DNA of 64,000 nt from Camelus ferus (Eukaryota): NCBI RefSeq assembly GCF_009834535.1, contig NC_045696.1, forward strand, positions 35,962,001-36,026,000, written 5' to 3'. Numbering within the stretch: position 1 is the first letter of the stretch; each line of letters starts with the position of its first letter. The notes under the pieces were generated by a model, which searched no databases, was not told the DNA's origin, and saw only the letters and a list, made by a program, of their open reading frames with translations. This document shows positions 27,751-41,459 of the stretch, piece by piece. A program made the translations under genes and the position numbers.

Positions 27751-30700
27751 ATTTTTCATGGTCTCAAGACAGAGAGTGGAGACAAGGCCATGATTCTTGG
27801 AGAAAAATTTTGGATTAATGTAGACCAGGGCCCTCATCTTCCTTCTTCTAAGAGAAAGAGTAGTGACTAGGAAAGGGGCCACTGTGTTCTGCTGTTTTAT
27901 TTTTAAATTGTAAGCCATGGATGTGAATGGTGGTAGACAGATGGACTCTGTTTTTCAATGCCTCTAGAAATTCATTGAAAAATCTCTGGAGTAACTGATT
28001 TGGTTCACCACACTGAAATCATAATGTTAGTCATACATGTCTCAGAGGGTGAATATAATTTAGAAAATGTTGACATGGAATTTGCATATAGACAGTATTT
28101 GGATACTAAATATATTTAATTACATTTCATGAATATATTCCCATTTCATTTTTCTTGTGGCAACATTATGATTATTCTTGTACTTATTGAGCACAAGAGT
28201 ACCAGCTAGTCTCTTTTATCATTTTGCATTACTACAGATGTTAGAGAAATATATTTAAATATACTCATCCATGCATTACATAAAAGTAAAATAAAATTTT
28301 GTGATAAAATTTCCTGGCTTTATCTTGATGTAAAAGTTTCTAATGTATGACCGCTGTAAACTTTGAGAACATTGATGCCCTTATTAAATGTTAAGGTGAG
28401 TACCGGAAGAGGTTGCTGGTAATAACCTGCAAAGAAAAGAACTACATTAAACAGGAGTGCCTCATCATGGCTCTTTTTTCCTTTCATAAAACTGTACAAC
28501 TAATTCATTTTCCCTTAAGTAACAGGTAAGTTATTCATGAATAGGGACTTAAAACTCACTCCAAGCTGAATATCTGGCAGGTAAATTAATAGGTAAACTA
28601 TAGTTAAATCAGGGAGATGATTAGATTAGTAAAGGAGGAATCTGAGTTCCAAAAGGTGAGAAATAATATGCAAAGTATACCACCTCTTGATGTTATTAAT
28701 TTTACTCCAAATCTAATGGGGGTTCATAGTCCCATTAGAGTATTTCTTGGGTCGTGAAAATGTGTAGGATTTACACATTCTCAAATATTTCATTTCCAGT
28801 GTGGTATCAGGGATCAAAAGCATTACAAGTCAACCTACTGGGAGAATATTACAGAATCTTGCAAGCCTATCCATTTGGACACACTATTCATATAGAAAAA
28901 ATAGTAACCTTTCTTCTTATTTGAGAATACTATCCTTTTTCCAATGCTCTTCTGATTTCTTTTCCCACCACTTTACTTGGTCACCTTGAAATAAATCTAA
29001 TAGAATGAGTTGTAATTTCTCCTGGGACAGTAAGTTTACAATATATATGTAACCATCCACAAGAAGGAATATGATGTCTGCTATTTAGCAACAAGCCAAA
29101 GATGATAATAAAATCATTAATTCTGTCAATATAAATGCTAATAGAAAAGGAAAATTGGATCCATGCCTGGTATCACATTTTCTCTGATAGGAAATTAGAG
29201 CAGAGAAATTGAATCTGACAAATCTTAACATTTATAGACCAGCATCAAAATTGTAGTCTAGAGAACACAATAAATGGCAGAATGCTTCTTAATTAAACTG
29301 TGCTTTTGTTAGGCTAAGATGAATGGCTCCTGCCTCACCAACAAAGTGATCCACAGTCTCCCAGAGGGATCCTTAAAGAATATAGTACAAAATAAAGACC
29401 ATAACGTTAGGAAAAATCAAGCTGACAATCCTGCACTAATTATCTTTGGTATTACAACACTGCTAATGGAGCTGAAGTCTGAAAGAGAAAAGAGGTGAAC
29501 TCATTAGCAGTGCCTTGAACTACTGTTTGGAGGGGGAGCATTAATTATCTGCTAGTTCTTACACAGCCCAACATTTCACAGCAGCATATTAAACAGGGAT
29601 CTGATTTGATTTGTGAGCATTTTTTTAACCTCTTAGTACAAATGACTTCATTTGGTGGAAAACAAATTTAAATAAATTGGAAAGTATATAACTTTAAGGG
29701 AAAAGATCAGGCAACTGACGAAAGAACTATGTTTAAAATTTTTCACTTTGAGAAAGAATTTGAAAGTACATCTAAAGTCCACCTCGGAAATCTTCCTGTT
29801 AAACTTTACCTATGCAAATTTTTTAAAAGTCTATGATAGATATAAGAATGTATTTTAGCTCTTTCTGCAGTTTGATTATTTTTAGTGAAATTTAACCTTA
29901 TTTTAATAACACTAATGGAAATGACTTCTGTTGCTTTATAAAAAGTGCGTGACTTACATGTTAGGAAACTAACAATGGAACAATCAGTATGACCAGGTTT
30001 TTGTCGGTTACTTTTAGTTTAGTGTAGTTTGCTTGCTTATTTGAGTGTAGGGACATAATCTAATTAATGAGGGACATAACCTTTTCTATTTTTATTTGGC
30101 AATACCTATATCAGTTCCCTCTTCCTTCACTCTGCCTCTCCTATGAAAACAGTCTATAAGAGTAAGAATTTGTGTAAATGTCAACAAGAAGCTTTATCAC
30201 ACTTGAATTGCCACCATTTGCAATGACTGTGTAAGACACTCTAATAATTTATTTCACAAATATTTAATATGTAGTATTTTCCTGTAAATTTTTTTCTGTA
30301 GTAATTTCTTATAGAAATATTACTCAATTTTCATTTTATTCAAACTAGTTTTAACTAAGTGATTAAACAAAGCTTGAGTTTTCCCTATCTGAAATTGCAT
30401 TCCAATGCCCTTTTTTCTATGATAGTTTTATCAGAAATATTTAATTTTAAAGACCCTGATGCTATCAAGTGCCCTGTAAAGGAGAAACATGTTTGTAACC
30501 TCTATCCTAAGCATGGTATTTCTTCAATTGCTATACATTTCTTACAAAGAAAATTAACATTTTTTTAACAAATGGTATGATTCCTGCTATATGGGTATTA
30601 AAGAAAATTAGCCATGTGAGTAAAGCCTTATGTATTATGTTTTCTTAAAATTGTCATCAAATCATATTGTTTAAATTAACCCATACTCATTTCAAACATA

Positions 30701-31542
30701 TCATTCTTCACCTAGCCATTTAATATCTAAGACAAATGCTAACATGAATCCACATCAGTAAACAAAACAAATATTATGAGTGCACAGCTTGATATAAAAG
30801 CAATGCAGCAATGTAACAGCTGTGTTTCAGAGCATTACATGTGTATGTTTATAATACATGAGTATTGAATTCTTGTGTGTGCTGTATCTATGTACATACA
30901 TACACCTGAACTTAAGAATTTTATAGATGGGTAGTTATAAATTTAAGACCACAGAGAAGATTCAGTATATCTGAACTTACACAAAGTCTGAGTTAAAAGA
31001 ACTGGAAAATGAAGCAAGAGAAGTTATATAACCTCTCTGTAGTTGGTTAATAAAATTCTGATAATCTTAGAATTGATGTAGGGTAAAGATCTAGGGGAAT
31101 TATGACCTTGAAAGAGTGCACTGCATTATCCATCCTATTCTTATTACCCAGTAATCTCCAGGATACTACCTTGAAGTGCTCTGAGAAGGACAGCTTGTCT
31201 TTTTTGAGTTGCCTGAGAAGATGGGTCCACCTATGATGAGGAGGTTTTAGAGTTCTCAATGTTATCTTCTTTCACATTGCAAAAAGAAATATTAATTGAT
31301 TAATTTAATCTGTAAATTGATTGCTTTATTATAGTTCATTTAGTAGATTCTGGTGCTTTTTAAAAAATTCCTTAGGTGGCCTCTCATGTCCAAAAACTCA
31401 GAAGTAGAAGCTATAACCAAATACTGAGTAACATTACTAATACATATCATACACAGACACACACAAAGAGCCTTTCCTCTAGCTTCTTCCAGAAAAAAGT
31501 ACACATGAGGTACCTCTGCCTTTGTCCACATCTAAGTAAATT

Positions 31543-31545
<3 letters not shown>

Positions 31546-31580
<35 letters not shown>
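31546..31580 (+). repeat. Pure poly(A) run, 35 nt
   Basis: Direct count. Confidence 0.95.
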
Positions 31581-31582
<2 letters not shown>

Positions 31583-31994
31583 ATAAAGGGCCATAACTTC
31601 TTTTTAAAATAAAACAGAAACAAAACTTGAATTTCTAGTCTCCACACACAAAATATTTCACTAGACCAGCGTACCTAAAGGTCCACTTTTAATTATCTCA
31701 TGTGCTGGAGGGGAAACATTGAAACTGTCTAAAAGGTTGCTGAATGGTTTGATGCAAAGTAACTAAAGTATTTTTAAAACATGGCATGTCTATGGAAGTC
31801 AATTCCAAAATAATTTTAAAATCTTATAACCTTTTTAAAAGCATGGCATGCCTTATGAATGCAATGAACAACCAATATGTCAACAATTAATAATATATGA
31901 AAAGGTTTATTCTTTTTTTTAATTTTTTTAAAGAATTGATGGGTATTTTATTGTGGGTCAAGAGCACCGATTCATCTTCATTTTGTTACAACTG

Positions 31995-32432
31995 CTTTTT
32001 TTAAATTATTGAAGTACAGGTAATTACAATGTGTCAATTTCTGGTGTACAGCATAATGTCCCAGTCATGCATACATACACATGTATTTATTTTCATATTC
32101 TTTTCCATTAAAGGTTTTTACAAGATATTGAATATAGTTCCCTGTGCTATAGAGAAGAAATTTCTTACCCATTTTTATATAGTGGTTATCATTTGCAAAT
32201 CTCAAACTCCCAAATTTATCCCTTCCCACCCCTTACCCCCACCTCCGTAACCCTAAAGTTGTTTACTATGTCTGTGAATCTGTTTCTGTTATGTAAATGA
32301 GTTCATTAGTGTCCTCTTCTTTTCTTTTTTTTTAAGATTCCACATATGATATCATATGGTATTTCTCTTTCTCTTTCTGGCCTTCTTCACTTAGAATGAC
32401 AATCTCCAGGTCCATCCATGTTGCTGCAAATT
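31995..32432 (-). mobile_element. Short 5'-truncated L1 3' UTR (same type as 8808 and 57464 copies)
   Basis: ttgaagtacag..ctggtgtacagc..aatatagttccctgtgctata..tccaggtccatccatgttgctgcaaat. Confidence 0.92.
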
Positions 32433-32574
32433 GCTTATTTATTTAATGAATAAATTAATGAATGACACAAACCTTGGAAAGCTTTGAGGAACCTAAACAC
32501 AGAAAAATGTAACTGAAAGAGGTAAAGAAAACTATGGTAGACATGAAAAAATATTGTTCATTCACACACACACA

Positions 32575-32752
32575 CAGCCAAATGGTTATGGCTTTCATTA
32601 CATCAGCAAATCGCTTTAGGAGATACATAGCATAATCGCAGGAGTAAACTGCCATCATGTTCATGAGTTCTTCACACACTCAAGAGATTATAGAGACTGT
32701 GTACACAAGTGGGTAGGGATCTTGGGAGCCACCTTAGAAGTCTGTCTACCAC
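32575..32752 (-). mobile_element. MLT1-type LTR fragment
   Basis: Ends gggatcttgggagccaccttagaagtctgtctaccaca. Confidence 0.6.
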
Positions 32753-32754
32753 AA

Positions 32755-33155
32755 ATCCTCAGAAAAGGAACTTCTAAAGGATATTCTTCAAGATAGAAGG
32801 ATAATAATCCCAGATAGAAGATCTGAGACATAAAAAAGAAGAGCGAGCAAAGAAAATATTAAACACATGGGTAAATCTACGCAAATATCAACTGTTGAAA
32901 AATAACAAAATACCTGATTTGTGAAATTAATGAAATAATAAAATTAAAATATTGGGTTACAAAAGTATACAAATTCAAAGGGAATGATTAATGTTGAAGA
33001 ATTCTAAGATCCATGTATTGTTTAAAAGAAAAATAAAGATATTGATTAAAGACACTGTTAAATTAAATACACAGGTTAAAATTTTTAGACTAACCAATAA
33101 AGAACAGAAATAGAGTGTATACTTTCAAAACAAGAGAGGGAAGTTTAAAATGGAA
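32755..33155 (+). mobile_element. Old L1M ORF1-end/inter-ORF fragment adjoining the C2orf81-like insert
   Basis: ctaaaggatattcttcaag..atcccagatagaag..taaccaataaagaacagaaatagagtgtat. Confidence 0.65.
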
Positions 33156-33203
33156 AAATTACTCCACCGCACCCTAAGATGCTCCTAACCAGCCTTCTCT
33201 CCT

Positions 33204-34457
<1,254 letters not shown>

Positions 34458-34509
34458 CGCCACAGCAGTAGCTCGGACCCCGGAGCACAGAGCTTCCTCG
34501 TCCCTCCGC

Positions 34510-34834
34510 GGCCACCCGGGTCTAACGGTGCCCCGGTCTAACGGCCACCCCGTCTAACGGCCACTCCGGTCTAACAGCCGGCCTGGTCTAACAGCCGCCC
34601 CGTCTAACGGTGCCCTGGTCTAAAGGCCGCCCTGGTCTAAAGGCCGCCCCGGTCTAACGGCCGCCCCGTCTAACGGCCGCCCGGGTCTAACAGCAGCCCT
34701 GGTCTAAAGGCCGCCCCGGTCAAACGGCCGCCCCCGTCTAATGGTGCCCCGGTCTAACGGCCGCCCCGTCTAACGGGTGCCCCGGTCTAACGGCCACCCT
34801 GGTCTAAAGGCCGCCCCGGTCTAACGGCCGCCCC
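34510..34834. repeat. GC-rich minisatellite, 19 units of 16-17 bp, consensus GGTCTAACGGCCGCCCC
   Basis: Counted 19 GTCTAA/GTCAAA cores starting at 34520 through 34819, head-to-tail with no spacers. Confidence 0.97.
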
Positions 34835-35231
34835 AGCAGCTGCACCACGGGCTGCACTTCCCGGTTTATTCTTTCTTTCAGTAAATAAAATTAAATTTCC
34901 ATTTAGAGCACTGCATAACCAAAAGAAAGTTTAAACAATGGTTACTTTTGGCCAAAATATAATGATTACTGAATTAAAATATAAATGGTTATCATTTGAT
35001 GCTACCTAAGAAACTATGATATTTCCGAGGAAAATTTCCAGTTGAACAGGTGGTCTCTTGCTTGCCTTTGTTTGCACAAAGGAAATGCCTCATTTTTACC
35101 AGTGGAATAGAAAAATCTAAGAAAAATAAAACAGAAGCAGCAGTAGAAGGTAGAGAGAGCCTTCAGACCTCCATGAAGGCCATGTGGAAGGAGGACTGGA
35201 CAGGCGGAGGAGATAATAAAGTTTCTGTTTT

Positions 35232-35692
35232 TGTAATGTGGCCTTGCCCCAGTTTTTGAGGTTTTGGCTAAAAGTCAGACAGTGCCCCTTCTTGAGCAGC
35301 TGATTAAGTCTGTACCACATGCTGGGCTTTCACACGCTGGACTATACACACTATGCACCTTCCCTAATAGACTCAGGGTCAGGAACTAGACAACTGAGGA
35401 CAGCCCCCAGACTCCAGCATCCACAAAAATATTCAAATTAGCCACTCCACAGGGATCCTGGGACACCTAGCTAACCTCACGTTACTTCCATACGTAACCC
35501 TCCCCTTACAGCTCCAGCTGGCTGTTATCCTGTCCTTGAAGGCCAACCTCCCATGTGGCCCTGCCTGACTGTTACCTCCATATTAGAACTGTAAGTAAAA
35601 GAGAGTTCTGCCTTTGATCTATCCAAGTGTCAGTGTGTTGTGTCCCACCATCAAAAGACTCTTTAAGTCATATAAAACAAGGAATCTTAGAT
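35232..35692 (+). mobile_element. ERV/ERVL solo LTR upstream of the C2orf81-like insert
   Basis: Starts tgtaatgtgg; ctgtaagtaaaagagagttctgcctttgatctat..tcagtgtgttgtgtccc U5-like end. Confidence 0.5.
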
Positions 35693-38600
35693 GTTGCCCA
35701 TTAGATGGGTCCTGCCTTCTGAACCCTGCAGAAAAGAGCTTGCACCCTGATCATTGTCTTGGAGTGGCCTGGGGTAGCATGACCTTGGACAAGCAGAGGT
35801 GGATACAGGGAGATGGCAAATGGGCCTTCAGCCTCCCATGCTCCCTGCAACAAGTTCTCTTGAAGGAGATCTGAGTTACACATCTCACAAAGGTCACCCA
35901 AACCCTACCCTACGGATATAGCTTAGGCTAATCTGAGCATGAAATTCCTCTGTGACTGCTATTGGTGCAGGAGTAGACTTGTGGTTTCAACTGGCCATCA
36001 GACTGAAAGTAAAGAGTGATATTCCACGACCGTGGTGGAGTTTCTCCCTCTCCCCGTATAGCCATCAATTAAAAATTACACAAATTCCCAATTACCTCTA
36101 GCAGACCACTATCATTCATGAGCAGAACCAGCAACAGGATGAAACTCATGCTAAATGGTGGCCATCAAACTGCCACACTGGGCGCCTGGCTGTCTTTGGA
36201 CTTCAAATTATGTGTAGTCAGAGTCTGGGCATCTCTTTGTTCTCGACATCAGAAAGCAGCCTACAGAATTTAATTTTTAGTGCTTTCCTTATATAAGTGT
36301 GTGTTTTCCCTTAAATAAGGTAATAGCATCTGAACATCCAAAGCAATCTATTCAGTGAAGGCTCAGCAAAACCCATTCATTACAGCATTTTTCTCTTTCA
36401 GTGAATGCACTTTAGCCAGCTCTGTTTATCCCTGCACAGATCAAGGAGCCAAACAGGAATAAAATACTTAAGGACAATGTTTACAAAGAAATCTGATCTA
36501 GCAAGCTCTTCTAATCACTCCTGCAAATATTGGCATATTTTGACATTGTAGTTTTAATAAATGCAAGACTCTGCTACAGCTGATTATCTGCTTTACATTT
36601 GAAAAGTAGATCGATCACTTGACTTGAATTAATGATGCAAGTTTCTTAATTGGACAATCAGGATCAGGAAGCTAGATATATGCTCAAGGAGAAGAGCTTC
36701 TCTTTTATTGACTTCCTCATAGGCACTAATGAAATTATCATTTAGGGTAATTTTGCTTCTTCTACTGATTGAAATATTATGATTATACAATATTGACTTT
36801 CCTAGAAAATAAAATGTAATTGGATTATTAAAACTCATTTTAATGGCTTGGGATTTGCTTGTGTAATTTATTGCAGACATTCTTGATTATTTAAGAAACT
36901 ATATTTTTTTCTAATTACTGAAAATTTTATTTTCTACATAGGGTGGTCTGAACTATCTTGGTTTTACTTTTAAAGTCAAGATATTTAAACTAAGGGAAGA
37001 CACTGAATTTAAAGCTTTAGGACTTCTCTAAGAAGGCAATTTCCAAAATTTCCTGAAAACGGTGATTGGTTAACTCCAAGGTCTTGATGACTAAGAAAAA
37101 AGATACACTCTGAGGAAATTAGAAAACATAGTATAGAAGACAGGGGTTTCCTTAGAATTTCTACTTTGTCTTCTCCTTCTCTTTCTCTTCTTTTTCGTAT
37201 TTTATAATATGTAACACTCGTAACTGCATAGATATTTTCAAATACATCCACATGTCTCATTCCATCTGCTATTCCAATTTGAAGTAGGTGTTATTTCCCA
37301 AATATTATAAACAAAAATATTGAATCTCAGGTAATTGGATATCTGCTTTCAGTCAAAGAGTTAGTTGATGTCAGAACAAGAATAAGAATCTTCAGCTCTT
37401 TTCCTCCCTAGATTGCTTCATGGTCTGATCCAAGCTCTTTTCACTGGATGACAAATTGATTAGAAAGTTATTACTGCACTGGCCTGTATATGCATAACAT
37501 ATGTAATATATTCATAGGATACATTTAAAATAGGTATTTTTATAACTATTCCTAGTTGTTTTTTCCCAACCCATTTAATGTATATTCATTAGCCCAGACA
37601 TCTCATATCCAGCATTTTCTTTCAGATATGATTTGAAAGAAGTAGATAAAAATAAGGTTTTTACATCACTTCTTTTAGGAAGATCTACCATTATGGAGTC
37701 CTAAATGAAAAGCTTTCTCCAACAGATAAATTTCTCCACTCATTTCCTTTTTTCCCCAGTACAACCATACCTGAAATATCTGGTAGAGAAAGAAATGAGA
37801 ATTTGGCATATACTCTGGTATCCCAGAGTCCAGCACATGTTTGCACAGCATAGGGCAGACAGGAAATTAGTTCAATATTTATTTTCCATGTGCTTCCTGG
37901 AAAGCTAAAGGAGCTGGGGGAATCCAGGACTTTTCTAATTGCTTTCTGTTTACTTGATCATAATTACACTTATTAAACACGGGTTCATTAAACCACAAAG
38001 ACCATTTCATGGGCTTCATGACAGGGATCACTCATCCACTCACCACACTGAGTTCTCTCCAGAAGCAAATAGGAAGGTTAAAAAGGTTCCTAAAACTCAG
38101 AAGCATCAGTCTCTGAAGCCAGCTTCAGTGTCCAAAGCCTTTGTAGTCAGTTATTCCAAGTGGGATGGAAGGTTTGCTCCAAATAAAATATTAGCATAAT
38201 TTAGCCCCAAATTCAGAAAGAAATTAGTCAGATTACATATTTTCTCTAGTGTCTGTCAATAAATATGTGATTTCCATGGATAACTAAGAAAAGGAACAAG
38301 ATCACTCTTATTCTGTAAACTCCAAGAATTAAAGTTGCAAATGTAGACAGCATTCTTCCTCTTTAAAAATCCAAATGCTAACAGGAAGCAAATCATAGAC
38401 TTTTGCATTCAGAAAAAATATGAACCATCTCCTGGTTCCTTCCACTTAATGCATCATCCTTATATTATCTGCATTAAAATTTTACCAGTTAACACTTCTT
38501 TAATTTCTTATGCACTTGCTTCCATAAGACTTTGGAGTATCCAGATGTTGTATGTCTAAATGGCAATGCAATGACTGCTACCTCAAATATAAAAACCACC

Positions 38601-40812
38601 TTCTCTACTTCATACAAAAGTCAAAGTAATCTTACTGTTGGAAAATCATGTTATAAAATGGTTTATTATATCTACTTGAATGTGTTAGAGGTCAAATGAC
38701 ACCTCCATTCCTTTATTTTCTTATTCAACAAATATTATTGGGAACCTCCTCTTTCAGGTATTGCTTGGTATTAATCACTGAATGAAATCAAGATCCCTCC
38801 TCCCTTCACATGATATTCATGAAGACTAGCAAGTTCATATGGGACAAATCTAATAAATTATATGCTAACAAAAAGGTGGTGTGCAGGTCATCACCTCATC
38901 TTTGCTAGAAAAGCCCCTGTGTGTAGACTTAAAGAGAACATTTTTAGGTATTGGAGAGTAGGGGTAGATAATAAGAGGTGGCATAAAGTGTCTTTCAGAT
39001 GCATCAGAAGGATTGCCAAGTATGGTGCATCAAGAATTTAATGACCTGAAACTCCCCTAAATACCTAGGTTCTTTGGACAGCACTTCCTGAATAGCAGAA
39101 TTATCACTTTCTATGTCATAGACTTTTTTTTTTTAATGTGTGATGACCTGACTATTTCAGCCAGTGTGAGGGCAGCTATGTGTTCAGAATTCCCCAATGT
39201 GCATATTTTTGAGAGACAGAAGGCAGACTCAAGAAATCTGCCCTCACTCATGAATGCTATATCCCTTCTTATGCTTGACAATGCCTATAGGTAGAACTAA
39301 CTGAGTCTGGAAATTTCTTTTCCATCATCTTCAAACCCAGTTCCAATCTTCTTGGACTCTGTGCATAATACATAGAATTAGTCTACCCTCCATTTCTAAT
39401 ACTTTAAGGAAAATTCTTAGATTATTTATTCCCTTGACTAACTTTCCTATTTCTTTGCGCTGGTTTCCTTCTGTTTCTTGACCTGAGCTATCCTTTAAGT
39501 CAGTATGCTCCAAATCACTTTTCATATTATTTTTTCATATTAGAAATAATCTCTTTCTAAGCCAAGTTGTCCTCTACATCTCTTATGAGTCATGTGCTTT
39601 ATTTGCTTTTCAGGCTCTTTAAAGAATTGGGTTCCATTTAATTAAAAATAAAAATTTATACAAAGAACATTCAAGTGGGATCTTATTATTTCTTGCATAA
39701 TAATGAAATATTTAACATTAATGATAATTCTTGAGGTGGAATGGAGAGAGAAAGAGAGAAAATTCTACAAGTGAATGAACAAGATCATAAGAAAAACAAA
39801 TGGTAAATTTAATAAAACTGGCATAAGTGACTGTTATTCCTTGTTAATGGTTCAGAAGCAAAGCCTACCAAACAGACCTCCTTCTCACGTTGTATTGTGA
39901 TCTACCTTCATAGTTTTCCTGTCTTAAATGCAAAATGTATATTGGGATGATTCTTCTCTTTTCAAACTCTTAGAATAATGAATTTGTTTTGAATTTCAAT
40001 TCAAAAGGAATCTTCTCTATTCCCATTGAGGCAAATCTTGCTGATCAGCAGCATTTGGTGCAAATAGTAATCAAGCTTCAAAATTATGCAAAACATTCCC
40101 TGTTTCTCAAAAATTTCACTGAATTATTTAAAACTCAGTGGATGGAAATAAGCACCAGCTGTGGTGTGAAGGGGGTAGGGATTTGTAAATATGCACAAAG
40201 GACTGGAAGGATCAGTGAGTATAATTCACATAGTTGCACACCCTTCTTCTGGCTGGACTCTGGGAGGATCACGCTGAAACCTAACTGTGCAACACACATT
40301 ACTTACCCAAAGAGGACTTTTTCTGTATTCAATTTAAAAAGTGTCTTGTCAGAGTATCTTACCATTTGTTTAAAACTTTCTAGCAATGTTACATAACTCT
40401 AGCTCATTCGTGTGGGCTATGTATTGACAGGATGTTAACTGCATAATGCTGAAATGTATAGCGACGGTATAACCCCAAATGGCACCAACGCAAGGATCAA
40501 TGTCATCTCTTCCCAAAAGGCTTTCATGGATGACAGTACATGTTAACTTGGTCAATAAAAATAAAGTTATAATAAAGAGTAAAGAAAAAACAAAAATAAA
40601 AGATTGTGGAGCTATTCTACAACAATTACTTTCAGTTATACTGAAAACATCATAGAGATGGCAGAGACTTTGCTGTCTGGGCACACCTCTTCTATACAGC
40701 AATGTGATAAAATTCCCTAAATCAAAAGCTGTAGCTACTGCCATGTTTCTACCTTTGATTCTGTGAAAACTGCAAGATGGAAAGGAGAGGAAGAGGAATA
40801 AGAATGCACGTT

Positions 40813-41459
40813 GACCAGAAGAATTCCAGATACTTCACATAGATATTCCCTCCTCCAGGAGGTGGATCTTAACTCCAGCCCACCCCCACCCCAGGAGTGT
40901 GGACAGTGCTTAGTGGTTTACTAAGTGGAGAAACCTGGCAAACACCACCCTAGCCTGGTAATCAAAGTTAATATCATCAACCATAAGCCACTGTTGACAT
41001 GATGTCCACTGATGTGATCTGATGAGATGATACATAAACACTATGATATTCCTCCCCCAAATCCATAATCCCAGTCTTACCATGAGGAAAATATCAGACA
41101 AACCCAAAATGAAATGCTACAAAATACCTGACCAGTGCTTCTGAAAACTGTCAAGGTCATCAAAAACAAGGAAAGACAGAAACTGTCACGGATCTGAGGA
41201 GACTAAGGAGACAAGATGACTGATTTTAATATGGTATCCTGGAAAGGATTCAAGAGTAGAAAGAGTACTAGGAAAAAAAGTGAAATCTGAACTAAGTATG
41301 AATAAATAGTCTTAATTAATTGCTTTAGTTGTTACAAATATGCTACAGGAATACAAGATGTTAAAACAGGGGAAACTAGGTGATGGGTACACAAGAATTT
41401 TCTGTAAAACGAAAACTATTCTAAAATAAAATGGTTTTTAAAAATTGGACAAAAAAAAG
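40813..41459 (+). mobile_element. L1MC-like 3' UTR fragment with A tail and 12-bp target-site duplication
   Basis: ccccaaatccataatcccagtct..atcagacaaacccaaa motifs; AGAATGCACGTT at 40801-40812 and 41460-41471. Confidence 0.85.

Noticed and set aside
34461..34463. ORF-track start giving 419 aa
   Set aside because: It is a GTG; the ATG at 34457 has a strong Kozak context and fits the family N-terminus.
34510..34834. CRISPR-like array
   Set aside because: Units are head-to-tail with no unique spacers, there are no cas genes, and the context is mammalian.
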